Shown one piece after another: positions 11,527-26,277 of a stretch of DNA of 64,000 nucleotides. The notes beneath the pieces were generated by a model that searched no databases, was not told the origin of the DNA, and saw only the letters and a list, made by a program, of their open reading frames with translations. Positions within the stretch are counted from its first letter, which is position 1. Each line of letters starts with the position of its first letter. Source of the DNA: Takakia lepidozioides (Eukaryota; Plantae; Bryophyta); contig CM060732.1 in NCBI GenBank assembly GCA_030704615.1, positions 60,264,001 through 60,328,000 of the forward strand, written 5' to 3'. A program made the position numbers and the translations under genes.

Positions 11527-14500
11527 ATGGTGGACTTTAAAGTGGTTTTGGGGGTTTTTGGTAACGCCTCTTCTCTCTCTCACTAATCCCTCTCCATGCG
11601 CACTTTTCTGAACTTTCTTGATTACCATGCCTGCGGCTGGAGGAGAGTCTGATCTAAACCAGTCTAAGCCGTAATACAATTCTAACTTCCTGCAGGGCTA
11701 ATTCGAAAAGGCCCAGTGTCAGAGATTGTGGGATCGCGATGACGGTGTTGCGGTCATAATCATATCAGTCTAATTGTGAATAACTTTGCTCGGGGACATG
11801 TAGGCAATATCGATGCTTGGAACTGGGTTGATCTGAGTACTGATATTAACATGGACGAATGCTCAGCTTTAGCATGTTTACGTGCTGATATCTATGATCT
11901 TTTCTGTATAGAGAAGCAGTTTTGACCATGTTCCTTCTGTTTCTTCCTTTTTTCACGTGCCTGTAAATTTGATGGTGGAAAAACTGCATGAACCATCGGT
12001 GTCCAGGAGTTCTTTCTTCGTAGGTCATGATTACCACAACCTCTTGGTGCGTGTGTGATACAATCTCGAATTACATTTGAGACGTGCTGATTTTCTTGAC
12101 ATGAATTCCGACCGCATATAGTTATCGTCTCTATCATTATCGGTTACGTCGATTCGCCTTCCAATATGTACATGTTTCCGAAATATTTATGAACTTTCAG
12201 TTTATTGCATACAATCTTGCAAATGGCCCGCGAAACTTGAGCACCGATTGTGGACCTGAGTGAAAGTAATATATTTGACTTAATCGTGCATGTGTATGAC
12301 AGAAGCAGGTCCATGAAGTGACTAGCGGATACGCCTTCGTAGGGCATGAAATACACTCCAGAAATTGCTGGTGTTGTTATGAAATCACTGGTAGCGATTC
12401 TCAGGCAAAAGATCACTGGAAGGACTTCCGAGCTCTTCCATAGTGGTCGCAGATGTGGCCAAGCCACGTCGGGCCACAATTCAAACCTACCTAGCAGTTG
12501 GCACTTGATCCAAAGAAAAATCTCAGACTAGTTATCACTGACCAGTGCCGCGATATGACCCTTGTTTGAGGTGCAAGGACTGTATTGTAGCCCCTGTCCA
12601 ACGCAGCTTCAGCCTGAACAAGCAAATTCCTTGCCTTTCATCGCCAGACGCTGAACTGCCGTGTTTCATGTTGCAGGCTGTGCATGCATGCTTGTCCTTC
12701 CGCGAGTTCGCCTCAGTATTTGCTTATTGTCAGACGCTGAACTGCGTGTTTCATATTAGCCGCATGCGTGATTTCGCCTTAAGTAGGATTTGCTGCATGT
12801 TTGTAGCTGTGCACGGTGTTGCCTTCCGGAGACCTATCGCGGACTGTTCTTTTTACACGTGATTTTACTTGCGAATTGGCTACATGTTGTAGTTGCACGC
12901 GATTTTTAGGTCTCAGGAGACTTGGCTACAGCTTTCTTTTTACGTTTACAGCTACTTGAAATCGAGACTGTATCTTTGTCTCTACTGTCTGATTCCTCGA
13001 GATTCTCAAAAGCTTATAATGCTGGTTCACGACTTCCAAGATGCGAGATCTAACCGTAAATCGAGTTTCTAGTCCAACTTAAATAATAGATGCTCGCTAA
13101 ATAGACCAGAATAACATGCTTGGTAGCCGGCCCGAATTACATATGGTCCTGGGAAGTCTGGAGTCACAAATCCTGCTGCTTGACCTGTCAACAAGGGAAC
13201 CTACAGTTTTGTTGAGAATCGTATAAAGTACACAGACCTGGTTACTATAATGTCACGGCACCTAAAATTTCTCTGTCAATCTCACATGTGGGGTTTCATG
13301 TTTTTCTCGCAGGAAATATTATCTCGATCCTTTTGTTCGCATCCCCAATGTGAGTCCCCACCTCCTGGGATGATATCTAATTTGTGGCCCTTCTACTCTT
13401 CCTTTCAAAATGTCCTTCACCTCGCCCCAGAAGTGTCTCCATGGTCCCTCAGTTCAACCCTATTTGAACCATGACATGTTTTAAATATATTAAGGATGTT
13501 TCCAGACGGTCTATCCGAGCTACAAGATGCCGTGCAATTCTAGGGTCTCGGTATCAGGAGTTCTGATCTTGATGTTCAAAGCTGTACGAGCGATTCCGTA
13601 GCTCTCTGCTTTCAATCAGCAGTAACAACTACCGAATATGCTCGAAAGAGAGCAAGTTACAAATTTCTTACACTAACTTCGCATGCGTTGTTGCATATAC
13701 AGCCCCACCTTTTGGAGCATATACAAGAAGAAGTCGACACAGGATTTCTCTGGGATTCCTTATGCGTGCACGCTCCTCAATTGTATGCTGTGGGTGGTCT
13801 ATGGCCTGCCCGTGGTCAAGTTCCAATTGCTGGTGGTCAGCATTAATGCTGCCGGGCTCGTCATTGAGAGCACATACATCTTACTGTACTTGATCTATGC
13901 AACAAGGAAAATGAAGGTAGATTGTTTCCTTCCTCTCTATATATTCCTTTTCCTTGACGTCTTTCCTGAGACCATCCTTTTGTTTGTATAGTCCGTAGAA
14001 CTTTCAATAGCGCCGTTGCCGACGCGGCTCATTGGAGATATGATTTCCCTAAGATCACGTGGACATCCCCAAACAGCTGTTCATGCAGTAACTGGTCAAT
14101 GTAGGTCTTTGTAGATCAACATAAATCTGAATTTCAAGGAAATCTGTATATAGTCTAGCATTAAGGTCCAAACTCATGCATGCGTGCTCCAGCTATACTT
14201 GCATGAATGCATCCTAACAGCCTGAATTCGGCAGTTCGAGGTTTGCTCAATCCGGCCATAGTTGGAAACCCTCTCGTGTATGAGCTCTAATCCCACTGCC
14301 TGTGACTGCAGATAAGAGTGGTGCGACTTTTGGCGGTCATACTGCTGTCATTCACAACCGTGGTCGTGCTGGTGCTGCTGTTGATACATGCCAAATCCAA
14401 GCGCAAGCTTATATTTGGGACACTCTGTGCTGTGTTTAACGTCGGGATGTACGGCTCTCCACTGACTGTCATGGTGTGTACCGAACATCTGCAAATGCTT

Positions 14501-15720
14501 TGCAATATGCCTTGTGCCTTGATGACTCTGTCTGTATAGGGTATCTGTCTCGTCTCGTCTGTGTTCGATCGGGTACCATCTCTGTTTTCATCCTTCTGCT
14601 GACAGGATTATACTCGAGAGACTCAATTGCATATCCATATCTTAAGAAATTTTGTCCCAATTTGAAATCTCCAACTGGTTCCTAAGTTATGTGGCTGCCA
14701 TCTGCCACAATAAGACCAGTTGACGGATTTTGGATGCTCATCTTGCCGTGTTGACAGGGTATGGTCATTCGAACAAGGAGTGTGGAATATATGCCTTTCT
14801 TGCTCTCACTGTTCAACTTTTTGAACGGTTGTGTTTGGTTTGGATACGCATTCATTGGCGGCGTAGACATCTTCATTGCGGTATGTGCCATTTTACTCGA
14901 CTGCTTTCAACTGCTTGAATCATTGCTAAGGGACATACCTTATATTTTGTATCTTCGAGAGTGATGACTACCTAGTAGAGAGATTAACTCATAAGACCCT
15001 AATGGATCCAGGATACTTGATTGAGTACAATGAACGGGTCTAAGTTATAACCTTGCTGCTCAAGGCTATAGCCTATCAAGAGCATTGATTACTCAGCCCT
15101 ATTCGTGAAAGTTGGCACGATAATATCCTTCCGTGGGGTTTTCGTTCACCTCACATATGAAATTCAGCTAGAAATTGCCAAAGCACGACAACCCTCCCTG
15201 TTTCGGGAACTTGAATACTTTCCAGCATCCATCTATGTTAGCCTTCTGTCTTGCAAAGATCTGACACCTGGACAGAAATGAACTAAAAGAAGAGGTCTAC
15301 AAAGCCCGAACAATCTCCATGGGATGGAAAAACTGTTCGGAGGAGAGACAAATAAGTGCGAAGGAGACACCAGCTGGAGAGAGGTGCTTCAATGTCTCGA
15401 GTAAAACCGACCTGTGCTTTGTCTGAAGCACGTATCCGGACAGCACGACGTAGAAAACAAACAGCCAAAAACCTAGATCAATTACTCCTTACTGAACATA
15501 TGCCAAATCTGTGCAGGTCCCCAACGGAATTGGAGCTGCGCTGGGTGCTGTGCAATTGATCTTATATGCAATCTTCAGGAATGCAACACCTGTGCCAGAA
15601 GTTGACGCGAATGGCGTTCCACTGAAACCAGTGAAACCCGTGCCTCAGACTTACTTGGATATCCCTGCTGCCAACAAAAGCGCCCCGGCTCCCCTCACGC
15701 CTTCGACCGGACCCCGTTAG
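11527..15720 (+). CDS. SWEET: SWEET (MtN3/saliva) bidirectional sugar transporter
   Basis: Six exons typical of SWEETs: 11527-11560, 13313-13349, 13703-13916, 14312-14473, 14758-14880, 15517-15720. Motifs [43 protein letters not shown]. Confidence 0.95.
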
Positions 15721-16834
15721 CACTGCAAATGGAACTTGTTCTTTTTTCGCGCCCATATCTTCACACACCCCCTTCACAAATGTTGAGGTGGACTGAATGG
15801 AGGGGACTTGTAGGCTTGAAGAAAGAAGTGGACATTAGGAGCTCTCTTTAGTCCTTTATTCTCTTTTGAATCTAACTCTGTGACTGTATGTAAAAGTCAC
15901 TTGTTGACATCCTGGAGGAAACTCGAACTGAACTTCATGTGTGTACACTAACTGAAAAAAAATTAGAGATTCTTTCTGATGCAAGGATTGTCATTCTCTG
16001 GGAGCTAGTTGGCCATTCGGCCCACCAGGCTCTTAGAATCTGCCTCAAGCATGAGGCGTTCTTGTACATATCTCCACTCGGCTTTGAAATCATACACTGT
16101 TACAAGTACGAGCAACCTCTCACATTCCCTAACCGTGTCTTGAACTCCCATTGCTAGTAACATGTTTGGCATGAGAGAGAGAGAGGACCTGTGAGGCGTC
16201 TTGTTTCTTGCACAGGCTAGCGGAGTGATAAACCTCGCGTTCTTAGATTCGAACCTCGCACCAGTTGCCTCAAAATGGTACGGAATGTGTATTGGATGGA
16301 TGAAATTAGACGAATATGGGGTGACAGAGTGACAGAGTCTAGGACAGGCGGCGCAGTAATCGTGGGCCACGCCGCCCGCGTGATCCAATGATTATTGTTT
16401 ATGGCCTAATTAGCAGATTAGTGAATTGGTCGCACTGTCTTTACACACGGTGGTGTCTGGTGCTAGATTATGAAAAGAACTGGAAAGCTTGCAGGAGAGC
16501 AGTGGCCCGAGTCCCGATCCCGTACCACATTTGGAAGCAGCTTCCAGAAACAGTGTCAGTGAGGAGAAACGAGAGGAGAAGCGGAGCGCAGACAGTACTA
16601 GGATAGCTCGACTGTTATTGCTTTTGGTCCGGGAATGGTCCTATGTCTCCGTGCGTGGGGTACGACGGAGGTAGAGACTAGAGACGCAGATATTGTCGAG
16701 CTCTCTCGGCAGAGAATTAGTCTCAGAGGGGGGGGAATGGTGAAGCTACGGGGCACTGCGGGTCTGGAGCTTACATTTCCTGCCCGGAGGCGCCCATGGT
16801 AGAAGGGGAGTTGTGAGAGACGGGGCTGCTCGGC

Positions 16835-19800
16835 ATGCCGGGCCCTTCTGGAGTCCTCAAGCTATGGCAGGCTCTTATGCTCGTGTCTGTACTGTCTGTT
16901 GGCTCAACTCTTGCTGCGAATAATGGCAATGCTGAAGGTATGGGAGATGTTCCGATCTCCTTCAGGAGAGTGGGAGGGGGAGAGAGAGAACAAACAAGAG
17001 AAAAAGCAAGAAAGTTTGTGGAGTCTGCTCAAATCTTAGAGAGAATAGTGAGTGTGTCCAGGCGACAACCAGACATAGACTAATGGATCTGAACGGTCGG
17101 TCAAAATATGTATATGTGTGACCGTGCAGTCTAGTCACTGGGCTTCTCACCCCTTTATTATATCATAGACACGGGCCTACCTTCCCGGCAATAAGAAGAG
17201 TCAGCTTCTCGGGATAGTGACAATGCGGACAACATGTGGTAGAGAGGGACGTCAACGAGAAAGAGATTCATGGAAGACTGAAACGACAGCGTTCAATCTA
17301 AGCTACGATTTTCGCAAGCTACCCTGATTTGTGGCTGCATACCAGATCCTTTCTTCAATTCAATCCATCCCCTCCTTGCTTCCAACATTTTTGAAATGCC
17401 ATCAATTTTGTACTGAATACAAAGATCTATCCAGCCAGGTGCATGGCGATGAGGGTGGTATCAAGTAGAGTGCTTGCACGCATCGCGTGGCTAGACTCTT
17501 GATCCAGAGAGATGGGAAGAACGAATCAGTGGAATAGAAAGAGACTGGTGGCCAGCCTCTTCTTTTCTGTGCACTGAAATTTGTAAAACCTCCACGTATT
17601 TCTGCACAGTTATGCACTGTAGTCTGTCTTTTCATGGTGTTAAGTGTTCTATTTAAAATTCTGGCCTGGCTGTGGTGGTTGGGTGCAGTGAATGCACTGT
17701 GGGCTATTAAGGAAGCTCTACAAGACCCTCAAAATGTACTTGCTACCTGGGATTTGAACTATCTATCTCCTTGCACTTTTGCCTATGTTCAGTGTTCAAC
17801 AGAACAAGTGGTCACCCGAGTGTAATAGCCTCCTCCATCTACTAGAAGAGATTTTGTGTCATTTGATTTTGGTTCTGACCTTATGATGTGTTCTGTTCAC
17901 TTGTTGTAATCCTGGCCAGGTTGCTCTTATGATCTTTGGTTTTATAAACGCCGACAAATAGTTTCCATCTTTTATCAATTCTTTCTTTCCCTAATGTCTC
18001 TCTTCCCCTTCCCTCTTGTGCCTTCATGTTGATCTCTCTAAGATTGGAACTGGGACTACAGTTAGGTGTGGTTGATGTGACTCCGATGATTGGGGTTCCA
18101 GGGACTTGCCCACCGAGGGTTTATCTGGCAGCCTCTCTCCGCTTATTGGAAGTCTACCAAATCTCCAATATTTGTATGTAAAATTCTGCACAAGTCCTGC
18201 AATTTCTATGTTTGGTTTTAGCTAGTATTGAGGAGGTTCATTCCACCAGAATCTATTGTACATCCATATGAAGCCTCAAAAGAACAAGCTTAGGGGTAAG
18301 GAGCATGTTGGGAGAGCCAAAGTCCTAACAGATGGTGGCTTGTCGGAAGCACCATGACTCATGTTCCTGGTGAAAGTTATATTTGCTGTAAATCCGCATG
18401 CTTTGTTGCTTCTACCATGTTACTGAGATGGATATAGAAAATATTAAGAGAGCTTTGCTACATTTGGGCAATTGGTATTGTAGGACAACGGCACCTCAGA
18501 CATGAGTCCTTTGGGACATCAATTCTAGGATTAGAGATTGCAACAGCCTCGCATGTCTAAGTGACTAGCCAGAAGGATGGCCTGAGTATAGCTTTTACGC
18601 AACTGACTTGGACAATGGCAAGGGCTACAGGATGCTGCAAAACAACAACATCTCAGGCCCAATCCCAGCAGAACTTGGGAACTTGACAAGGCTACTGAGT
18701 TTGGATCTTTCCAACAACTCCTTCAGCGGCACTGTCCCCACAGCACTTGTCCATTTGAAGAGCCTTATCTCCTTGTAAGCAACCAGTGTGTTAGAAAAGT
18801 TCTTACTCTAGTGTCTTCTGTTGTTGATGCAGAAGTTTTCCACAAGCTCTTTGGGGTATTTCATGGATGCTGTAAAGCTCCTTTTTCTCCCTCTCCATCA
18901 AAAAATGAGTATATCACGAATCCATATGAGAGAAATTAACAAAAGAAACAAGATGATACTTTATGACGTCTGCGGAATGCCAAAAACAAGAGAAAGTGTG
19001 AAACAAGAAAGAGAGTGGGGCCCTACACAACTATTGATCAAGAAAGAAAGGAATTTTACTGTCTGCAAAAGGCTCAGAGGATCCAAGGAGACAGAAATCA
19101 GGGGACAGTAAGCAGTAGGAACTTCTTCAGAAAAAAGGAATAGACAGAGCAACTTGAAATATTGAGATGGTTTCAGAACCTCAATCTATCTTGCATATAA
19201 TAACCACCAATCTTTTGTGGTGTTGGTGGGGGTGGGGTGAGTTTGACGAAGACAGGCAACTTGGACTCAATAATCTCAGTGGACTATTCCCAACATTTTT
19301 GACCAGGATCCCCAACTTGAGTGCATTGTAAGCCTCCTTCCTTGAGACTTTCTGTAAGTGCTTTCTGTCCATTGAGACAGGTAATGATCATGAGAACATT
19401 GCACCTGAGCAACCATTCACCTTTCCGTTTGGAATGATCTACAGGAGGATTACTCTTGCTGGTAGTAGGGATATGTAAGGAGCCAGGATTTGGGATATCC
19501 TTGGGTGACAATCCAAACTGTCCACAATCGCGTTTAACCTACCCCCGGTTTTAACCCGTCACCCTTAACTCACTTTTGACTCTGTCGACATGAAACCTGG
19601 AGTCCAGGGGCAACTAGACTGCCTTAGTGCCATAGCTATTGAGAAGCAACAAGTGACGTTTAGCGTGCTGCTAGGGGTTTTGTAAGCGGACATGTGGTGG
19701 TGACCTGCTGGTCCTGGGATGGCTGCAGGGATCTCTCTTACAACAACTTCTCGGGTATTGTGCCGAATATCACATTGCCCAATTTCTCGTAAGGACTCGC

Positions 19801-22800
19801 ACCGGTGAGGTTGATTCTCAGGGTTTGGGAGATTGATTAATTGGTCAGTGATACAGAAAGGGTTGAAATGCAACCTTCGGGATTTGCATCCAAATCTTGA
19901 ATGGGGTGTTTCACAGGGCCCTCGGTTTCTGGGATACAGCATTTTCTTCTCTTTCTTTATTTGCAGTCAACATGCTAAGTAATGGTGTGTAAGATTGATA
20001 GCAATATCATTGTGGTGTAGTGTGCAAGGAAACCCTCTTCTGTGTGGGTCAAGCGTTGAACGAGAGTGTCCTGGTGGTCCTCCGTTGCCTTTGACGGCAA
20101 TCTTGAACACGTCTGACAGTAAGTTCTCTCTCTCCCAGTCAGATTCTACACCTTGATGCACGGCTGGTGATAAAGAATTATTGTTTTGTAAACCAACCCT
20201 CAATAACTGACATGCCTGTACCAACCAGGTTACCATAGAAAGTAGATAACAAACGTGAACCCCCTTGCATCTTAAGCAATAGTTGGAGTACCATCCGCCT
20301 TAGCCTGGGTGGGGTCTGGTCTTAAGGTGCACCTCAGCAGGCCAATCCAGGTGGAAGACATTGTCCGGTGGGGAGTTTGGCTGGGGCGGCATATCTGTTA
20401 AAAGATAACGCAGGTGTCCTGAGCTCAACAAAAACAGAAATCTTGGGTGGAACAAAAGGGTAAAAGCTCATTTGATCTTGATTTTGATTTTCAGTACAAC
20501 TACTAACTGTGAAAGCATGACCTATCAATCCTTTAATCTTTGGGAATTTGAAGCTAGAGGTGTCAGAAAAGTTACCTTAGGGAAGACTGGCTTGTGGCAG
20601 CCAAGTGTTGATTGCGATGTTGCTTTTTTATCCTTCTATGTCGGGCTTTTCCTATCATTTTGAAGCAGAATTCACCAAGTATTGGATTGTTCACCCACCG
20701 ATAGGAAACGTGAGCTGGGTTTAGACCGTTGCGAGACAGGTTAGTTTACCCTGCTGATGAACGTGGCTGCAATACTAATCGAACTTAGCACGAGAGGTAC
20801 CATTAGACACATAATTGGTCATTGCGCTTGGTTTGAATAGCCAGTGGCGCGAAGCTGGGTTAGGAGAGCTATTAGTTTTTAAGCTAGCTATCATGGCCTT
20901 TCAACTCAGGAAGTTGAAAATTGATTCAAAGGATTCATTGCTGGTCCATAAACCCTGGGTTCTCTTACTTCACCAAATGTCTATTATCAGTTTATGATCA
21001 TGTCCTCTTGATCTGTAGTTAGTGAAAACTGAGCTTGCCAAGTTAGCTCATTAGGAAAATGCTTGCCAAGACTTTTCCATGGCAAATTGGTCACAGCCAT
21101 GTTATGGGACGTTGTCCATCACTAGCTACAGGCCTGACTATACCTTGTGCTTTCAGTGTTCATGTGTCTTATCATGATAAGACATGGCCTTTCTTTTGAT
21201 AAGACATGGCCATGAAGACTTCAAGGCAATCTCTACACATACTGATCATACCGAATGTTTTCTAAGGGAAGATGCGACAACAAGACGGCCAAGCAAAGCA
21301 GCGGTAGCATTCGGGCTGTGTCTAGGAGCTGCTGTTCTGGTTACATCAGCTACCCTTAGTTTTCTTTGGTGGCAACGCCAGACCAACAGACAGATCTTCT
21401 TCGATGTTAATGGTAATAGTTACAATGCTATTTGCGATCAACCATGATCCATTGTCAAGTCCTGCTGTCACTTTCAATTTGTCCAACACGTTTCCGTCTG
21501 TATGCACGGAGTCAAATTTCAAATGCTGCTTAAGACCACAGCAATATGTATCTAGCGCATATAGGGGAAGGTCTACTAGCGCTTGCATTTCTTTCTTTTC
21601 TCAGTCTTTTGTCCATTTATATGATCCTAATCAAAGCACAGATAAGAACTCTAGTTCATGCAAGCCACATACTGAACGGTCAACCAGCAGGCAAGGCTAG
21701 TCAGGAAAACCTTTGCTAGCCATCCTCAGTGAGACCAGTTCCACTCACTTTGATCACGCAGACCTGCACAAGAAGTCCACTTCATGTGTTCTCACGTAGA
21801 AAGTCCTTTCACTGCAGGTTTGCTTCTGAAGCCTGAATTCTCCTGTTGCTGGTTTGTAGAGCAACAGGACCCTTCAGTGTCGCTTGGACAGCTCAAAAAA
21901 TTTGCATTCCGGGAACTTCAAGTGGCAACTGGAAATTTTGACAGCAAGAACATATTGGGCAAGGGTGGATTTGGGAATGTATACAAGGGTTCCCTGGCTG
22001 ATGGTTCGTTAGTCGCGGTCAAGCGCTTGAAGAGAGAGGGGAGCCCTGGAGCCGAAATTCAATTTCAAATGGAGGTGGAGATGATTTCTTTGGCAGTTCA
22101 CCGAAATTTGCTTCGACTGAAAGGGTTTTGTATGACCCCTACTGAGCGCCTGCTGGTTTACCCTTACATGCCCAATGGGAGTGTCGCGTCTTGTCTTCGG
22201 GGTATGTGACTCTCTATCACCATGACTCTTGGCTGTGGGTTTCTTTGGAATACTCTCTCTCTCTCGCCACAATGCTTGCATGTTCAGGGGAAGAAAGGAG
22301 GTAAAACATCCACAGGAAGCCAAATTAAGGGATGGGAAAGCAAGTAAGTTTAAATCACTACTTGTGGACAGAAGCCTTGTCAAGATGAGCTTCCAAGCAT
22401 TTCAGGTCTTGATGACTAGCCTCTGCCATGGATGAGCAGCATTTTCAAAGATGTACTCAGTAGTACTTTGATTGCTGCAGCCTTGTGGTGATAAGCCCCC
22501 ACCCAGTTTGGATGGAGCAGAACTGGAGGAGAAAGAGGGGAGAGGAAGGGGGATTATATGGGGCTTACCAGATCCTACTCCAAGTCTGCACTCATCTGTG
22601 ATTTTGTGAAGTCCTTGACAAAGTTAGATTACCCCGATCGACATTATGGCTGTTTTGTGGCTCTCATGAGGCAGGAGAGCATGATATCAACTGACGGACA
22701 CTGCTTCTTTGATCCAGATACAGTCACTGGAAAGCCAGCACTTGACTGGTCTACACGCAAGCGCATTGCCCTGGGGTCGGCAAGGGGACTGCTTTACTTG

Positions 22801-23818
22801 CACGAGCATTGTGACCCAAGGATAATACACCGTGATGTAAAGGCAGCAAATGTCCTGTTGGATGAAGACTTCGAAGCAGTTGTGGGGGACTTCGGTCTTG
22901 CAAAGCTCTTGGATCATAGAGACTCTCATGTAACTACGGCTGTACGAGGCACAGTGGGTCATATTGCCCCTGAGTATCTTTCCACTGGACAGTCATCGGA
23001 GAAGACTGATGTGTTTGGCTATGGTGTGCTGTTGTTAGAGCTCATTACTGGGCAGCGAGCATTTGAGTTTGGGCGACTGTCTAGCCACAATGATATGATG
23101 CTTCTTGACTGGGTATAAGCCCCCTCTCTTTGGATCTCTGGTTTGAAGGGTATTCTCATCTTATCAGATTAATGAGTACATGTCTCTTTGTGCTGGTTCT
23201 ATGCTTGCTTTCTTTGTTATGTGTCCTTGTTTCCATGGACACTATGAAGTTCTTTCTCCTTTTTCATCTCACTGGCACATGATTCATGTAACACGACATT
23301 CTTATCAGTGTCCTAGAACTGACCAAAGGGAATGTATTGCTTGTGAACAGGTCAAAAAATTACAGGCCGAAAAAAAACTGAATGTGTTAGTAGATGTCGA
23401 CCTCAAAAATGAATACAATCCTGTCGAGCTGGAAGAGATGGTACAAGTAAGTTCTGTCACTATTTGCAGTTTCATGATGAATCTCACCAGCTTGAGAGCT
23501 CTAAAACTCCATAGAATTGATCCATTGCTTTGTTTCTCTGGACAAGGAGATCCACCTTTTCTTATTCATGACTGATATCTGGGCTTGGCTCTACAGGTTG
23601 CGCTCCTTTGCACTCAAGTGTTGCCCACCGAACGCCCCAAGATGTTGGAGGTTGTTCGAATGCTGGAGGGTGATGGGCTGGCTGAACGATGGGAGCAATG
23701 GCGGGAAGTTGAAAACCGACGAAATCGCGAGGCCTTAGAAATGCCTCGCCGGTACTGCGAACTGGTGGAGGATTCTTCATGGGATATAGAAGCAATTCAG
23801 CTCTCTGGCCCCAGATAG
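16835..23818 (+). CDS. LRR receptor-like kinase, subfamily II (NIK/CIK/SERK family; NIK-like, no long SPP domain)
   Basis: Exons about 16835-16937, 17689-17821, 18102-18173, 18631-18774, 19256-19327, 19729-19788, 20021-20118, 21267-21412, 21860-22201, 22718-23112, 23351-23446, 23597-23818. Signal peptide, 72-bp LRR exons, TM segment, [26 protein letters not shown] and terminal LSGPR. Confidence 0.95.
20335..20856 (+). pseudogene. Decayed fragment of nuclear large-subunit (25S/28S) rRNA, 3' domains, inside an intron of the LRR-RLK
   Basis: Conserved LSU strings GGGGAGTTTGGCTGGGGCGGCA, GATAACGCAGGTGTCC, GAGGTGTCAGAAAAGTTACC, GGATTGTTCACCCAC and GTGAGCTGGGTTTAGACCGT, with many substitutions and indels. 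Confidence 0.92.
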
Positions 23819-26277
23819 CACCAGTAGCACATCTCAAAGCGGACATAATACATAGCTCTTTTTGTCTTGGGTTCAAATTACTTGGTTTCCTGTATGGCTT
23901 CCAGAGACCAAGTCACATCAGCAGTAGCAGTGAGACACACTTTCACTGCACAGGGGTGCAGACTGTGCAGCTTTTGGGCCACACATCGTTAACATGTGAA
24001 ACAGAATTTAGTATCACTCAAGCAGCTTGTGCCTACGCAAACCTGCCAGTTCAAGACAACGACCTTCATGTTTCAAGCTACCCACCTCCAGTCCCAGGTA
24101 GTGTCCTTGATAGCTGAAAGGATGCTGTGATGTTTTGATGTGACTCAACATAAGCATTCAAAAGAGTGGAAACCTGACTGTCCTGTGCTCTCCCATAACT
24201 TTGACTGCTCTCTGTAGAGGCTGGCTGTAACAGATGGAAACCTTTACGCAATCAAAGGGATAATTGAAGCTGCCTGAGCTGCCCACTGGGACCTGTAATT
24301 GTGAAGCTGGATGTTCCACAGGAAGTAAGTATTACATTGCCCATTTCTCCTCAAGATGAGGTTTCCAACCTCTCAATCTGCTAATGCTGCCGCCTGTCTC
24401 TGCCCATGTTTGCAGCAAATCCAGCCAACATGTCAAAGGAAAGCAGCAGGTAATCTCCTCACTTGTCTTGCAGCCTCAGACCTAGTCTCCAGGCTTGCTC
24501 TGCCCCACACACTACCTGCCATGGACGTGGTGGGGCACAGGGCACATGCTGCTGTCTGCACCTACCACACTGTGCATGGGAATTTGTTGAGAACACGTTC
24601 CCCAAACAGGGCCATCCTATCTCCTACCTCTGACAATTGACTTACAAGTTACAAGTTACTAGTTACTAGTCGTACGCAGAGATTTACGTAAATAATTTAA
24701 AAATGATGAGACGGTTGGTTGGATGAAAAGTGGAGCACGGTGTGCGGACGACACGGTCTCGTGGCTGGCTACACTCTCGCCGGCAGTTGCCGGTGGCTGC
24801 CCACCGGCTGTAGGCAGTCGGTGGAGCAGGTCATAGTAAAGCCTCGGAACTTAGTTAATTACAACACCGACTATGGATGAACATTCTGGTTGTGGATGAA
24901 GCTTGGTAACATCGCAGTTTAGCCATGTTTAGCCATAATATATTGGCTATTGACGCCGTCGCCGGATTCAGGCAGCATCCACTCCTCCAACGGGCTCCCT
25001 GTCGAATCCTCCCCACCCCCTTGTACTCCGCGTTCACTGTTAAAACTTTCAGAATGAAAAAGCATTTGTGCATTGAGGAGTAGCCTACCGGTAAGGTGAC
25101 GGCGAGGTAGCTATTGACTAGGTAGCCGGGGAGCGAGACCGGCTACGGCGTGTAGCTGGATTCAAGACGCGGTAGCGTGGAGGGATTCCCTGGTGTCCAG
25201 CTGCACGCCATAGCCGGTCAAGCCTCCCTCTACGGGACATAACCGAGGTTTCTGGACGTATTGGCTGGCGGTGGTGGGCTACGGCGGGTGGCAGGCCTGT
25301 CCAGGGCTAATTAAACGCTGCCACGTAGGAAAAATGCCTCCAAACCTGGGTTATGAGGTGTGGGTTCCTTCATGGGAAGTAGTGTCACCCCGTTCTGTGT
25401 CACCCCAGCTCGTGTGATTCATGTCACCCCATGTCTGGAAAGGTAACTTCTTCTTAGTACATTCTGTATTGACAAATTTCGTGACACCAAGTGGGAGTGA
25501 CACTATTTTCTGTGTCATCAGTCCGGATGCCCAATTCACTGAAGATGATGTCATCCCATGCGTTATCAGCCTCTGTAAGGTAATTTTTCCCTTACCAATC
25601 TGAATAAACTGGGGCATTATTCCCCTTCTCAAAAGAAAACAAAAATCAATAAAATTCATCAGGGCCTTTGTCCCCTGTTGTCTAAAAATTTAAAGAAAGA
25701 GAAAAAAAAAGGTTTTCGGTCATGAAGAATAATGGCGAATCTGGCGAGGGGGAGAAGGTTTTACCTGCCGAGGGAGCAGACAAAAATAGGAGAAGTGATG
25801 GGGAGGAACACGAGAGAGAGGAGATCCCATCCCTGCAGTGCAGGGAGGGGGCTCTGGGATTGTGGCTTGCAGGGAATCTGACATGGAGGACCTTGAATGT
25901 GTTGCTGTACAGCTAGGAAGGTAAAGGATTGTTAGAGGTTGGGCAGGGGGAGGAACAGTTGAAGGATTCAAAGTGGAGAGAGAGAGAGAGATGCAGGATG
26001 TGGACTTACCAGTGATAAGGGGAGTGCATGTGGTCAGGGAGATGTAGAGAGAGAGAGAGAGAGCTGAGAGAGAAAGAGGAGGGTCTGCTTCATGTGGGAG
26101 GGGGAATAGCAGAGGATATGAAAGGTGGAATTCAATGCTTGCGAAGGAGAGCCTGGAAACGTCCAGCAATGGAAGGCAAGGGGTTATGATACAAGGTTGT
26201 GTGGCAGTGGTAAGGGAACGGGGGGTGTTGGGGAGCGCTCACTGTACTTGAGCTCAGTGCTAGGTGCTTAGTTTCAG

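Noticed and set aside
20335-20856. Functional rRNA gene
   Set aside because: It is an isolated fragment with indels in conserved helices, inside an intron.
24760-25310. GC-rich MITE-like segment with GGCTAC/GTAGCC motifs
   Set aside because: No convincing terminal inverted repeat or TSD was found by eye.
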